Assembly (NCBI GenBank): GCA_963783385.1
Contig: CAWANJ010000002.1
Coordinates: 320,001 to 384,000 of the forward strand
From: an uncultured Gemmatimonadales bacterium
GTDB lineage: Bacteria > Gemmatimonadota > Gemmatimonadetes > Palauibacterales > Palauibacteraceae
Length of the DNA stretch: 64,000 nt
Reading direction: 5' to 3'
Shown: in pieces, positions 22,795 through 33,105 of the stretch
Layout of the letters: each line of letters starts with the position of its first letter
Numbering within the stretch: position 1 is the stretch's first letter
Notes under the pieces: model-generated
What the model saw: the letters and a program-made list of their open reading frames with translations, nothing else
What the model was told of the DNA's origin: nothing
Databases searched by the model: none
Translations under genes and position numbers: made by a program

Positions 22795-23628
22795 TTGCTT
22801 CTGGATGAGATCGTCGCCACGAAGGCGGAAGAGGCCTCGGCACTGCGTCGCTGGGAGGACCACCTCGAGGGCCGGGCGGAGTCGGCCTCGGCGCCCCGGG
22901 ACCTGGAGGCCAGCCTGAGGATGGGAGCCGACGCCAATGCGGTCGCCGTGATCGCCGAGTTCAAGCGGCGCTCCCCCTCCGCCGAGGAGCTCGCCCCGGA
23001 CGCCGATCCCGAGGTGGTGGCGCGGAGCTACGAGGAAGGCGGGGCGGCGGCCGTCTCGGTCCTGACCGACGGTCCCCACTTCGGGGGGTCCCTTTCCGAC
23101 ATCGAGAAGGTGCGGGCCGCCTGCTCGCTGCCCGTGCTGCGCAAGGACTTTCTCCTCGATCCCATCCAGGTCCTCGAGGCCAGGGCGGCCGGCGCGGACG
23201 CGGTCCTGCTCATCGTCCGCATCCTCGACGACGCCCGACTGCGCGACCTCCTGTCGACCGTCCAGGCGCACGGCATGACCCCCCTGGTCGAGGTCCACGA
23301 CGACGAGGAGCTGGAGCGTGCCCTCAGGGCCGATGCCCGGATCATCGGGGTCAACGCCCGTGACCTGGCCACCCTGGAGGTCGACCTCGACGGAGCCCGG
23401 GCGCTCCTGTCCCGCGTACCCCCGGAACGGATCGCGGTGGCTGAGAGCGGGGTCACGGGAGTCGAAGACGTGGCCGAGCTCGGCGCCGCCGGAGCGGACG
23501 CCGTCCTCGTCGGCACCTGGCTCATGCGCTCCGGAGCGTCGCGCGTCTCCGAGCTCACGGGTCAGCCGCGCTCGGGGCGGGGTCGGCGGAGCGGGTCCGG
23601 CCTCGCGGCCGAGCCGAGCGGCGGCTGA
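22795..23628 (+). CDS. trpC: Indole-3-glycerol phosphate synthase
   Basis: [36 protein letters not shown]. Confidence 0.95.
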   Translation: MLLDEIVATKAEEASALRRWEDHLEGRAESASAPRDLEASLRMGADANAVAVIAEFKRRSPSAEELAPDADPEVVARSYEEGGAAAVSVLTDGPHFGGSLSDIEKVRAACSLPVLRKDFLLDPIQVLEARAAGADAVLLIVRILDDARLRDLLSTVQAHGMTPLVEVHDDEELERALRADARIIGVNARDLATLEVDLDGARALLSRVPPERIAVAESGVTGVEDVAELGAAGADAVLVGTWLMRSGASRVSELTGQPRSGRGRRSGSGLAAEPSGG

Positions 23629-23648
23629 GCCGCGTCCGCGGCGGGCGC

Positions 23649-24350
23649 GTGGACGGGCCCACGGGGACTCCCCGGGTCAAGATCTGCGGCCTCACGCGGG
23701 TGGAGGACGTCCGTGCCGCGGCGGCGGCCGGAGCGGACTACGTGGGCTTCGTGCTGGCCGGGGGGCCGCGTCACGTGGAGCCGTTCCGAGCCCGGGAGCT
23801 CCGCGAGGCGGGTCGGGAGGCCGCCGGCCGCGGCGGCGGGCCGGAGCCCGTGGCGGTCCTGGTGGACGCCGCGGTGGCGGAAGCGTGCGAGGCCGCCGCG
23901 GCGGCGGGCGCGGGGATCGTCCAGCTCCACGGGTCCGAGACGCCCGAAGCCTGCGCCGCCCTCCGGGAGGCGGGCCTGGTGGTGTGGAAGGCTCTCCGTC
24001 CACGCTCGCTCGAGCGGCTCCGCGACCTGGTCGCCCGGTACGGCGGCTGCGTCGACGCGCTCCACGTGGAGGGCTGGTCGCTGCGCGCGGCCGGCGGCAC
24101 GGGGACGGGGTTCCCGTGGACGTGGATCGGGGTCCTGCGCGAGGAGGGCGTCCTGTCGGGTCCCGGCGCCTCCGGACCGCCGGTCCTCGTCCTCGCCGGC
24201 GGACTCACTCCCGACAACGTCGCCGAAGCCATCCGGCACGTACGGCCCGACGCGGTGGACGTGTCGAGCGGCGTGGAGATCCGGCCGGGCGTCAAGGACC
24301 CGGCCCGGGTCCGGTCGTTCGTCGAGCGTTCGCGGAACGCGCTAGGTTGA
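23649..24350 (+). CDS. trpF: Phosphoribosylanthranilate isomerase
   Basis: VKICGLT, VQLHG, GGTG, LAGGL, DVSSGVE. Confidence 0.93.
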   Translation: MDGPTGTPRVKICGLTRVEDVRAAAAAGADYVGFVLAGGPRHVEPFRARELREAGREAAGRGGGPEPVAVLVDAAVAEACEAAAAAGAGIVQLHGSETPEACAALREAGLVVWKALRPRSLERLRDLVARYGGCVDALHVEGWSLRAAGGTGTGFPWTWIGVLREEGVLSGPGASGPPVLVLAGGLTPDNVAEAIRHVRPDAVDVSSGVEIRPGVKDPARVRSFVERSRNALG

Positions 24351-24381
24351 GGCCGAAATCCCGCACCAGGAGAGAGCCGAC

Positions 24382-25593
24382 GTGACGACGACAGGAGGCG
24401 CCCCCGCCTCCGGGACCGGGGCGGGGCGCTTCGGCCGCTTCGGCGGCCGGTACGTGCCCGAGACACTCGTTCCCGCGCTCGAGGAGCTGGAGGCCGCCTA
24501 CGCGGAGGCCGCGGCGGATCCGGAGTTCCTCGGGAGGCTCGCGGAGCTGCTGGCCGACTACGTCGGCCGGCCGAGCCCGGTCTACCGGGCCGACCGGCTG
24601 GGCGGGGCGCTGGGCGGCGTGCGCGTGTGGCTCAAGCGCGAGGACCTGAATCACACGGGCGCCCACAAGATCAACAACACGCTGGGCCAGGCGCTCGTGG
24701 CGCTCCGCATGGCCAAACGGCGCATCATCGCCGAGACGGGAGCCGGGCAGCACGGCGTGGCCACGGCGACGGCGTGCGCCCTGTTCGGCCTGGAGTGCGT
24801 GGTGTACATGGGCCGGGAGGACATGCGCCGGCAAGCGCTCAACGTGGAGCGCATGCGGCTCCTCGGGGCCGAGATCCGGCCGGTGGACTCGGGCCGCGGG
24901 ACCCTCAAGGACGCCACCAACGAGGCCATCCGGGACTGGGTCGAGAACGTCCGTGACACGCACTACATCATCGGATCGGTGGTGGGCCCCGACCCGTATC
25001 CGCGCATGGTGCGCGACTTCCAGCGCGTCATCGGGGACGAGGCGCGCCGGCAGCTCGCCGACCGGGATGTCCGTCCGGCCGCCGCCTTCGCCTGCGTGGG
25101 GGGCGGCTCCAACGCCATCGGCCTGTTCACGGCCTTCCTCGGCGACGAGGAGGTCGAGCTGGTCGGCGTCGAGGCGGCCGGCGAGGGGCTGGAGACCGGC
25201 CGCCACGCGGCGTCGCTGGCGGCCGGATCGCCGGGCGTCCTGCACGGCTCGCTCAGCTACCTGCTGCAGGACGAGGGAGGGCAGGTCGTGCCGGCGCACT
25301 CGGTGTCGGCGGGGCTGGACTATCCCGGGGTCGGGCCGGAGCACGCGTGGCTGCGGGACACGGGACGGGTGCGCTACGAGACGGCCACGGACGCGGAGGC
25401 GCTGGCGGCCTTCCGGGACCTCACCCGCCTGGAAGGCATCATCCCGGCCCTCGAGAGCGCGCACGCCCTCGCCGGGCTCCGGTCCGAGGCGGAGCGTTGG
25501 CGGGGGCGCGACGTGCTGGTGTGCCTGTCGGGGCGCGGCGACAAGGACGTCGTCGAGGTAGGGCGCCTCCTCGCGGAAGGTGGCTACGCGTGA
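24382..25593 (+). CDS. trpB: Tryptophan synthase beta
   Basis: [32 protein letters not shown]. Confidence 0.97.
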   Translation: MTTTGGAPASGTGAGRFGRFGGRYVPETLVPALEELEAAYAEAAADPEFLGRLAELLADYVGRPSPVYRADRLGGALGGVRVWLKREDLNHTGAHKINNTLGQALVALRMAKRRIIAETGAGQHGVATATACALFGLECVVYMGREDMRRQALNVERMRLLGAEIRPVDSGRGTLKDATNEAIRDWVENVRDTHYIIGSVVGPDPYPRMVRDFQRVIGDEARRQLADRDVRPAAAFACVGGGSNAIGLFTAFLGDEEVELVGVEAAGEGLETGRHAASLAAGSPGVLHGSLSYLLQDEGGQVVPAHSVSAGLDYPGVGPEHAWLRDTGRVRYETATDAEALAAFRDLTRLEGIIPALESAHALAGLRSEAERWRGRDVLVCLSGRGDKDVVEVGRLLAEGGYA

Positions 25594-26451
25594 GCGCGGA
25601 CTCCGGACCGACGCCGGTGTCGAGCGGGGCCACGGGCCCGGCGGCCACCGGCGCGGGCGCCCTGGGGGCCGGCCGCCTGGCCGGGGCCTTTCGCGCCCGG
25701 CGGACGGCGGGGGGCGCGGCCTTCATCCCCTACCTCACGTTCGGGTACCCCTCGCCCGAGGACACGCCGCGCCTGCTGCGGCGCCTGGCCGAGGCCGGGG
25801 CGGACGTCATCGAGCTCGGGGTGCCGTTCAGCGACCCGCTCGCCGATGGACCCACCATCCAGCGGGCCAGCTGGCGGGCCCTGGAGCGGGGCGCCACGCT
25901 GGCCGCGGCGCTGGAGCTGGTGGAGCAGGTGGCCGCCGACCTCCCGCCCCTGGTCCTGTTCAGCTACCTGAACCCGATCCTCCACGCCGGCGTCGACGCG
26001 TTCCGCGAGCGGGCCGCGGCGGCCGGCGTGGCGGGGGTCCTGGTGACCGACCTGCCGGTGGGGTCCGATCCGGAGCTGGAGGCGCGCCTGGCCGCGGCGG
26101 GTCCCGACCTCATCCGGCTGGTGGCGCCGACCACCAGCGAGGCGCGCATCCGGGGCATCGCCGGGACGGCCTCGGGCTTCCTGTACTACGTGTCGCGCAC
26201 CGGCGTCACGGGCGCGCGAGCCAGCCTCACCGACACGCTGGCCGAGGAGGTCGGCCGGCTGCGCGGCGCTCGTGGACCTGCCGGTGGCCGTCGGGTTCGG
26301 GATCTCCCGGCCCGAGCAGGCCGCGCTGGTGGGCCGCCTCGCGGACGGGGTGGTGGTGGGAAGCGCGCTCATCGACGCGCTCGGCCGCGACGAGGAGGCG
26401 TTCGCCGAGCTGGCCGCCGCGCTTGCGGAGGCGGCGCACGGGGCGTCCTGA
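25590..26451 (+). CDS. trpA: Tryptophan synthase alpha (frameshift near 26268)
   Basis: [17 protein letters not shown] and GVTG, then [10 protein letters not shown]...VVGSA in the shifted frame. Confidence 0.92.
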
Positions 26452-26460
26452 CGCGAGGGC

Positions 26461-28293
26461 CTAGCCGGACGGCTTCAGCCGGTCCAGCAGTGCCTCGCTG
26501 GGCTCGACGAACACGGTCTGCACTCGTTCGGGCACGACGACGCCCGGCGGCGCCTTGCGGGGGCTGCGAACGTACTTCCGCCGCGTCCAGTCGACCCCGA
26601 CCGTGCCGCTGTGCCGCGCCTCGCTGTGCACGGCGGCCGCCACCGCCGCCTCCAGAAGGTCCCGCCGGGGCGGATTCGCGTCCTTCCGGCCCCAGCGCAG
26701 GATGACGTGGGCGCCGGGCACCTGCCGGGCGTGGAGCCAGATGTCCTCGGTGTGGGAGTGGTGGAAGGTGAGCTCGTCGTTCTGCCTCGCGCCGCGGCCC
26801 ACCCGGATCTCGAGCCCGCCCGAGGAGACGTAGCGGCGGTAGGGCAGGCGGGAGCCGTCGCCGTCTCGCTTGCGTCCCGGCTCCTCGGGGCGGCCGCCGG
26901 CCAGCTCCCACAGGGCCTCCGAGGGACCGGACGCGGCCAGGGTTCCGAGGCCGGCGCGTAGCGCCTCGACCCGGGCGCGGGTTTGCCCCAGGACGTCGGG
27001 AAGTCGCCGGGCGGCGCGCTCGCGGCGCGCGGCGAGCGCGTAGAGCCGTTCCGCGTTCTCGGCGGCCGACAGCTTCGGGTCGAGCTCGATCTCCCGGGGC
27101 TCTCCCTCGAAACCCTCGAGCGCTATCCGGCCCGCCCCGCGACGGATCTGCGGAAGCCGCGCCAGGATCAGGTTCGCGTCCTCCCGGAGCCGCTCGGCGT
27201 CGGCCCCCTCCTCGATCTCCCGCTCCAGGGCGGCGGCGCGGCGCTCGGCGCGCTCGGTGGCGGCCAGGAGGGCGGCCTCGAGCCGCAGCACCTCGGGGTC
27301 GGTCGCGGGCGCCGCCTCCTCCCGGCCCCCCGGCCCGCTCTCCTCCGCCGCGGGCCCGGGTCCGCCGGCGGTCGGGGGCGCCCATCGACCGGCGGCCGCG
27401 GCCCGGGCGAAGGCCGCGAGCAGGGAGTCGGCCCTCTCCGCGTCGGGGCGTCCCAGCCGGACGGGGTAGGGCTGGGAGGCGCCATCGCCCGGGAGGAGCC
27501 AGGCGGCGGGCCCCTCGGGCGGGGCCGGAGCGCCGGGAACGGCCGCCAGGCCCAGGAGCGACAGGTAGCGCCCCCGGGCTGCCTGCAGGTCGACGGTGGC
27601 CGCTTCCCCGAGGATCCACGGGGCGGTCAGCCCGCTCGTCCAGGCCGCCTCGCGCAGCAGCACCCCGGCGCGCCGTCCCGGCTCTACGTCGGCGAGGAGC
27701 GTCCGCCACGCGTCCTCGTCGGGCGCGGCATCCCGCCACCGGCGGGGACCGCCGGGGAAGGACGGCGGCCGGTAGGGACGGCCGCCGCGCAGGTCCCGGC
27801 CACCGGCCTCGCGCGGCCACAGCGCCGCCCTGATCCGCCAGCGGCCCGCCTCCTTCGTGCCGTCGGCCCCGGTCTCCTCGGCCACCAGCAGGTTCCACTG
27901 GTTGGTGAGGAGCTCGGCCACCAGGCGGCCGCGGCGTCCGCCGCCCTCGAGCTCGAGGACCAGGAGACGCTCGTCGGGCGGAGACCACGCTCCGGTCACC
28001 CGGCTCCCGTGCAGCTCCACTGCGGTCACCTCCGAGAGGGCCGCCCGGGGGTCCGCTCCCGCCGGGCCCCTCTCGGCGAGCGCCAGGGCCTCCAGCGAGC
28101 CCGGCTCGGCCTCCAGGATGAACCCCGCCTCGGGATGCAGGAGGAAGAGGAGGGACGGCCCCTCCTCGAGGCGGAGCTCGGCCGCGCGCATCCCGCGGTG
28201 GAGGCGCAGCTCGCGCGCTCTCCGGCCCAGCGTCCGCTCTCCCAGCTCGCGGGCCAGGCGGCGGACGAGCACGGGGTCGTACTGCAGTGGCAC
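26461..28293 (-). CDS. rqcH: RqcH/Rqc2 (NFACT, FbpA-like) ribosome quality-control protein
   Basis: DERLL...ELL..QWN N-terminal domain, coiled coil, GRGARQNDELT, DIWLHA, GAHV NFACT-R motifs. Confidence 0.85.
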   Translation of the reverse strand: MPLQYDPVLVRRLARELGERTLGRRARELRLHRGMRAAELRLEEGPSLLFLLHPEAGFILEAEPGSLEALALAERGPAGADPRAALSEVTAVELHGSRVTGAWSPPDERLLVLELEGGGRRGRLVAELLTNQWNLLVAEETGADGTKEAGRWRIRAALWPREAGGRDLRGGRPYRPPSFPGGPRRWRDAAPDEDAWRTLLADVEPGRRAGVLLREAAWTSGLTAPWILGEAATVDLQAARGRYLSLLGLAAVPGAPAPPEGPAAWLLPGDGASQPYPVRLGRPDAERADSLLAAFARAAAAGRWAPPTAGGPGPAAEESGPGGREEAAPATDPEVLRLEAALLAATERAERRAAALEREIEEGADAERLREDANLILARLPQIRRGAGRIALEGFEGEPREIELDPKLSAAENAERLYALAARRERAARRLPDVLGQTRARVEALRAGLGTLAASGPSEALWELAGGRPEEPGRKRDGDGSRLPYRRYVSSGGLEIRVGRGARQNDELTFHHSHTEDIWLHARQVPGAHVILRWGRKDANPPRRDLLEAAVAAAVHSEARHSGTVGVDWTRRKYVRSPRKAPPGVVVPERVQTVFVEPSEALLDRLKPSG

Positions 28294-28439
28294 GGAACGC
28301 GCCTCCTCTCTCGGTTGGTACGCCGACAGGCCGGGAATATATTCAGGCCGCCCGGTCGTGCGCGCACGCCGGGGGTCCGGGTGGAGGCGGTCGCCCGCGA
28401 CCGTTCGGGCCGAACGGAAGGCGGGGGAGGTCGAAGGTG

Positions 28440-29270
28440 ATGAGCCGACGCAGCCACGAGCGGAAGCGCCGCGTGACCACGCGGGAGCTGGTCGCCATGA
28501 AGGAGCGCGGCGAGCGCATCGCCGTGCTCACCTGCTACGACCACCTGTTCGCCCGCCTGCTGGACGCGTCCGATGTCGACGTCGTCCTCGTCGGAGATTC
28601 GCTGGGCCAGGTGATCCTCGGCTACGACTCCACGCTCCCCGTCACCCTGGAGGCGATGATCCACCACGCCTCGGCCGTGCGGCGGGGCATCACCCGCGCG
28701 CTCATGGTGGTGGACCTGCCCTTCCTCACCTACCAGGTGAGCGACGAGGAGGCCCTGCGCAGCGCCGGCCGGGTCATGAAGGAGACCGGGGCCGAGGCCG
28801 TCAAGCTGGAGGGGGGGCACGAGGCCGCGGTCTCCCGGGTACGGGCGCTCGTGCGGGCCGGTATCCCGGTCATGGGCCACCTCGGCCTCACGCCCCAGTC
28901 CGTGCACAGCTTCGGTGGGTACGGGGTACGTGGACGGGAGCCGGAGGAGGCCACGCGGCTGCGCCAGGAGGCGGCGGCGCTCGAGGAGGCTGGCTGCTTC
29001 GCCATCGTCCTCGAGCTCATGCCGACCGAGCTGGCCCGGACGGTGAGCGAGGCCCTCCAGATCCCGACGATTGGCATCGGCGCGGGTCCGGGCTGCGACG
29101 GCCAGGTGCTGGTGCTTCCGGACATGCTGGGGCTCAACGAGGGGTTCGAGCCGAAGTTCCTCCGCCGGTTCGGCGCGCTCGGATCCGCGGTCCACGAGGC
29201 GGTTGACGCCTACGTGGAGGCGGTACGCGAGGGGACGTATCCGGATGCTTCGGAGAGCTATGACGGGTGA
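28440..29270 (+). CDS. panB: Ketopantoate hydroxymethyltransferase
   Basis: LVGDSLG, DLPF, KLEGG, GHLGLTPQS, IGIGAG, DGQVLV. Confidence 0.96.
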   Translation: MSRRSHERKRRVTTRELVAMKERGERIAVLTCYDHLFARLLDASDVDVVLVGDSLGQVILGYDSTLPVTLEAMIHHASAVRRGITRALMVVDLPFLTYQVSDEEALRSAGRVMKETGAEAVKLEGGHEAAVSRVRALVRAGIPVMGHLGLTPQSVHSFGGYGVRGREPEEATRLRQEAAALEEAGCFAIVLELMPTELARTVSEALQIPTIGIGAGPGCDGQVLVLPDMLGLNEGFEPKFLRRFGALGSAVHEAVDAYVEAVREGTYPDASESYDG

Positions 29271-30231
29271 CGCGACGCGGTCGGTCGCCGTTTCGGGGCC
29301 GGACCCGGCCCCGGGACGGCCGGAGGCCGGTTCGCCCGCCCGCCCACGCGTGGTCCGCGACCCCGAGGAAGCCAGGGAGGTCGCCCGGGCCCTGCGAGCC
29401 GAGCGCGGCAGCCTGGCCCTCGTCCCCACCATGGGCTTCCTGCACGAGGGGCACCTGAGCCTGCTGGACCGGGCCGGCGAGCTGGCGGGCGCGGTGGCGA
29501 TCTCGGTGTTCGTCAACCCGACGCAGTTCGGCCCGGGCGAGGACTACGAGGCGTATCCGCGCGACCTGGAGCGGGACGCGCGGCTGGCCGCGCGCCGCGG
29601 GGCGGAGCTCGTGTTCGCGCCCGCGGCCGACGCCATGTACCCGGCGGGCCCTCCCGCCATCACGGTCGACCCGGGGCCGCTGGCCGACCGGCTGTGCGGC
29701 CTCAGCCGACCGGGCCACTTCCGGGGCGTGCTCACCGTCGTGCTCAAGCTGCTCCACGTCCTCGAGCCGGACGTGGCCGTGTTCGGGCTCAAGGACTTCC
29801 AGCAGTCGGTGCTCGTCCGCCGCATGACCGAGGAGCTGGACGTGCCCACCCGCATCGAGACGGCGTCCATCGTGCGGGAGGCGTCCGGCCTGGCCATGAG
29901 CTCGCGCAACAGCTACCTGTCGCCGTCCGAACGGCGGGTGGCGGAGTCGCTGTCGGCAGGCCTGCGGCGGGTGCGGGAGCGCTTCGCGGCGGGGGAGCGG
30001 GACCCCACGCTCCTGGCGTCGCTGGCCCAGGCCACCATGGACGCGGCCGGGGCCGCGGTCGAGTACGCCGAGGTGGTCGACCCGCGGGAGCTCGAAGGAG
30101 TGGAGCAGGCGTCCGCGGAGGACGTGTGCGCGGTCGCCGCGCGCGTCGGGTCGACCCGGCTCATCGACAACGCGCCGCTCGGCGGGGAGAGCAGCCTGGA
30201 CGCCCTCGGGCGTCCAGGGGCACCCGAGTGA
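29260..30231 (+). CDS. panC: Pantoate-beta-alanine ligase
   Basis: PTMGFLHEGH, FVNPTQF, RPGHF, KDFQQ, GLAMSSRN, RLIDN. Confidence 0.96.
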   Translation: MTGDATRSVAVSGPDPAPGRPEAGSPARPRVVRDPEEAREVARALRAERGSLALVPTMGFLHEGHLSLLDRAGELAGAVAISVFVNPTQFGPGEDYEAYPRDLERDARLAARRGAELVFAPAADAMYPAGPPAITVDPGPLADRLCGLSRPGHFRGVLTVVLKLLHVLEPDVAVFGLKDFQQSVLVRRMTEELDVPTRIETASIVREASGLAMSSRNSYLSPSERRVAESLSAGLRRVRERFAAGERDPTLLASLAQATMDAAGAAVEYAEVVDPRELEGVEQASAEDVCAVAARVGSTRLIDNAPLGGESSLDALGRPGAPE

Positions 30232-30264
30232 CACGACGATCCGATCGGAGAGCAGATAGAGACC

Positions 30265-30330
30265 ATGCGACGCACCCTGTTCAAGTCGAAGATCCACCGG
30301 GCCACCCTGACCGGGACGCCCGCCTCGTGA
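30265..30330 (+). pseudogene. panD: Aspartate 1-decarboxylase remnant (21 aa)
   Basis: MRRTLFKSKIHRATLTGTPAS* matches the PanD N-terminal signature directly after panBC. The rest of the gene is absent. Confidence 0.85.
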
Positions 30331-30920
30331 CCGCCGCCCGCGCCGCCGCTCCTCACCCGCTGGTCGCGGCCGCGGGACGCGAAGGGCGCCTGCCGGAGTG
30401 GGCCCGCTGCGGAGAGAAGCGGCGGGCCCACATCGAGGGGGTGGCGGCCCTCATGTCCGAGTGGTCCGAGCGGCTGGGCCTGCCGGACCGGGAGCGCGTG
30501 CGCTGGGCGGCGGCCGCGCGGCTGCATGACGCCCTGCGTGACGCGTCGCCCGGCGAGCTCCGCCAGGAAGCGGCGCTCGACTGGCCCGCCGCCCTCCTGC
30601 ACGGCCCCGCCTGCGCGGCGCGCCTGCGGGCGGAGGGCGTGGAGGACGGGGATCTCCTGGGGGCCGTGGCCTACCACACGGTCGGGCACCCGGAGTTCGG
30701 GCGGCTCGGCGAGTACCTCTACCTGGCCGACTTCCTGGAGCCGGGACGCTCCTACCTGCCGGAGGTGCGCGAGCGGCTCCGGGCCATCCTGCCCGCGGAG
30801 CGCCTCGAGGCGCTCCTGTCCGTCGTCGGCCTCAGGCTGGCCCACCGGCTCGAGGTGCGCGGCCCGATCCGTCCCGAGACGGTGGCCCTGTGGAACCGGC
30901 TGGTGGAAGAGGCCGCGTGA
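30327..30920 (+). CDS. HD-domain hydrolase (YqeK/Ap4A hydrolase-like)
   Basis: RRAHIEGV, LHD, LLHG, YHTVG, YLADFLEPGR. Confidence 0.8.
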   Translation: MTAARAAAPHPLVAAAGREGRLPEWARCGEKRRAHIEGVAALMSEWSERLGLPDRERVRWAAAARLHDALRDASPGELRQEAALDWPAALLHGPACAARLRAEGVEDGDLLGAVAYHTVGHPEFGRLGEYLYLADFLEPGRSYLPEVRERLRAILPAERLEALLSVVGLRLAHRLEVRGPIRPETVALWNRLVEEAA

Positions 30921-31432
30921 AGGGGCGCCTGGGGACGGTCGTCACGGTGGTCGTGCTCCTCGGCGTGGGCTTCCTGCTCGGCTCCTTCTGGCTCCAGTGG
31001 CGCGGAACCCGGCTCCGGCAGCCCGGCTCGGAGGTGGAGGGCACGCCGGTCACCGTTCCGGAGGGCTTCGCTTCCCGGGCCCGGGTCGAGGTCCTCAACG
31101 GCTCGGGGGAGCCGGGCGCGGCCGAGCGCGCCGCGAGCCGCCTGCGAGCCATGGGCTTCGACGTGGTCTACTTCGGCAACGCGCCCAGCTTCGGACACGC
31201 TCGCACGCGGGTCCTGGCGCGGTCGACCAACCGCGGCGCGGCCCGCCGGGTGGCGGATTCGATCGGCCTGGACAGCGCCATCTCCCGCCCGGACACCAGC
31301 CTCTACCTGGACGCCACCATCATCCTGGGGGACGACTGGCACCACCTGCTAGAGGTGCGCGCCCGGAGCGAGAAGCCATCGGGGCGACGGGCGAGTCTGC
31401 TCGACCGCATCCTGCACGCCGTCCATCGGTGA
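30917..31432 (+). CDS. LytR C-terminal domain membrane protein
   Basis: N-terminal TM, VEVLNGSG..GAA, GNA, IILGDD. Confidence 0.8.
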   Translation: MKGRLGTVVTVVVLLGVGFLLGSFWLQWRGTRLRQPGSEVEGTPVTVPEGFASRARVEVLNGSGEPGAAERAASRLRAMGFDVVYFGNAPSFGHARTRVLARSTNRGAARRVADSIGLDSAISRPDTSLYLDATIILGDDWHHLLEVRARSEKPSGRRASLLDRILHAVHR

Positions 31433-31487
31433 GGCCGGCTCGCGCGTCGGGGGCCGCCGCGCGTCGACGGCCCCCGCCAGGGGGTCC

Positions 31488-32570
31488 TCAGGATGCCGGG
31501 TCGCCGCGCTCCAGTCGGAGCTGGCCGCAGGCGGCCGCGATGTCCCGGCCGCGGGGCTCTCGCACCGCGGCGCTCACCCCGCGCCGGTGCAGGGTCCGGG
31601 CGAAGGCCTCCACCCGCTCCGGGGGGCTGGATCGCCAGGGCCGGTCGGGGATCGGGTTCCACGGGATCAGATTAATGAAGCACATGAGATCCGACGTGAT
31701 ATCCGCAAGGGAATCAGCGAGTTCTGTGCTGTCGTTGATCCCCTCGATGAGGGTGTATTCGAAGGTCACGCGACGGCCCTTCCGGTCCAGGTACTCGCGC
31801 ACCGCCTCCAGGAGCTCGGGCAGGGGGTAGCGTCGCTCGATCGGCATGAGCGCGGCCCGGAGCTCGGAGAGCGGCGCGTGCAGCGAGACCGCCAGGCCGA
31901 AGGGCTCCGGCCGACGGGCCAGCTCGAGGATCCCGGGCACGAGGCCCACCGTCGACACGGTGATGCGTCGAGCGCCCACGCCGAAGCCCTCGTGCAGGAC
32001 CTCGAGCGCCGCGAACACGGGGTCGGGATTGGCCAGGGGCTCGCCCATGCCCATGAACACCAGGTTGGTGATGGGCCGGCCCATCTCCTCGCGCGCGAAG
32101 CGGAGCGAGTCGCGGTACTGGGCCACGATCTCGGCCGCCGTGAGGTGGCGCCGGAAGCCGAAGGACCCGGTGGCGCAGAACCGGCAACCGAGCGCGCAGC
32201 CGGCCTGCGAGGACAGGCACAGCGTGAGTCGGTCCCCGGCGGGGATGAGGACGGACTCCACCTGCTCGCCGTCCTCCAGCCGCCACAGGTGCTTGACCGT
32301 GCCGTCGGACGAGCGCGCCGTCCACGCCGCCTCGAGCGGCGTGAGCTCGAACGCCGTGCCCAGCTCGGTGCGCAGCTCCGTGGGCAGCGTCGTCGCCTCG
32401 TCGAACGAGCGCGCCGCCTGCCCGTACACCCAGTGCTCCACCTGGTCGGCGCGGTAGGCGGGCTCTCCCCTCGCCTCGAGCCAGCTGGCCACGGCGCGGC
32501 GGAGCTCCTGAGGCGCGAGGCCGAGCAGGGCCGCGGGTCCGGTCGTTTCCGGGAGGGTTTTCTGGCTCAT
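31488..32570 (-). CDS. rlmN: 23S rRNA/tRNA m2A methyltransferase
   Basis: CLSSQAGCALGCRFC, MGMGEP, SLHAP, DIAAACGQL. Confidence 0.96.
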   Translation of the reverse strand: MSQKTLPETTGPAALLGLAPQELRRAVASWLEARGEPAYRADQVEHWVYGQAARSFDEATTLPTELRTELGTAFELTPLEAAWTARSSDGTVKHLWRLEDGEQVESVLIPAGDRLTLCLSSQAGCALGCRFCATGSFGFRRHLTAAEIVAQYRDSLRFAREEMGRPITNLVFMGMGEPLANPDPVFAALEVLHEGFGVGARRITVSTVGLVPGILELARRPEPFGLAVSLHAPLSELRAALMPIERRYPLPELLEAVREYLDRKGRRVTFEYTLIEGINDSTELADSLADITSDLMCFINLIPWNPIPDRPWRSSPPERVEAFARTLHRRGVSAAVREPRGRDIAAACGQLRLERGDPAS

Positions 32571-32721
32571 GGCTCGTCAATGAAGGGAAGCTGCGCCCGC
32601 TTGCTGCGGCCGATGGCCGCCGGTATACTCCGGAGCCGTAGTACGCGGAACCGGCCGGCTCCGTTCCTCGTTCCCCGCCCCCGCTTCCGGAGCTCCCCGG
32701 GAGGCCACCCTTCGTGAATCC

Positions 32722-33105
32722 GTGATTCGCAACGTGCGTCCGTGGCGCCTGGTCGCCGCCTGGGTGATCGTCATCCTCGTGGCCACGACGGTTCCGTTTC
32801 CGTCCGGAATCATCGAGACGGGCCCGTTCCCCTTCGACAAGGTGGTCCACTTCGGGCTGTACGCGGTACTGGGATGGTCGGTGCACCGCGCCGTGAGGGC
32901 GGGGGGCGGACGGAGACCGCTGTCGATCCTGGCGGCGTGGGCCGTGGGACTCACCTTCGGCGCCCTGGACGAACTGCATCAGCACCTCGTTCCGGGGAGG
33001 GATCCTTCGGTGGCGGACTGGGCCGCGGACGCGGCGGGCTACACGGCCGCCTTCCTGGCCTCGTCCGTGCTCGCCAGGAGGAGCTCGAGAAAGGAGAAGA
33101 AGTGA
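32722..33105 (+). CDS. VanZ-family membrane protein
   Basis: DKVVHF, DELHQ..VPGR..S..DW..D. Confidence 0.85.
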   Translation: MIRNVRPWRLVAAWVIVILVATTVPFPSGIIETGPFPFDKVVHFGLYAVLGWSVHRAVRAGGGRRPLSILAAWAVGLTFGALDELHQHLVPGRDPSVADWAADAAGYTAAFLASSVLARRSSRKEKK

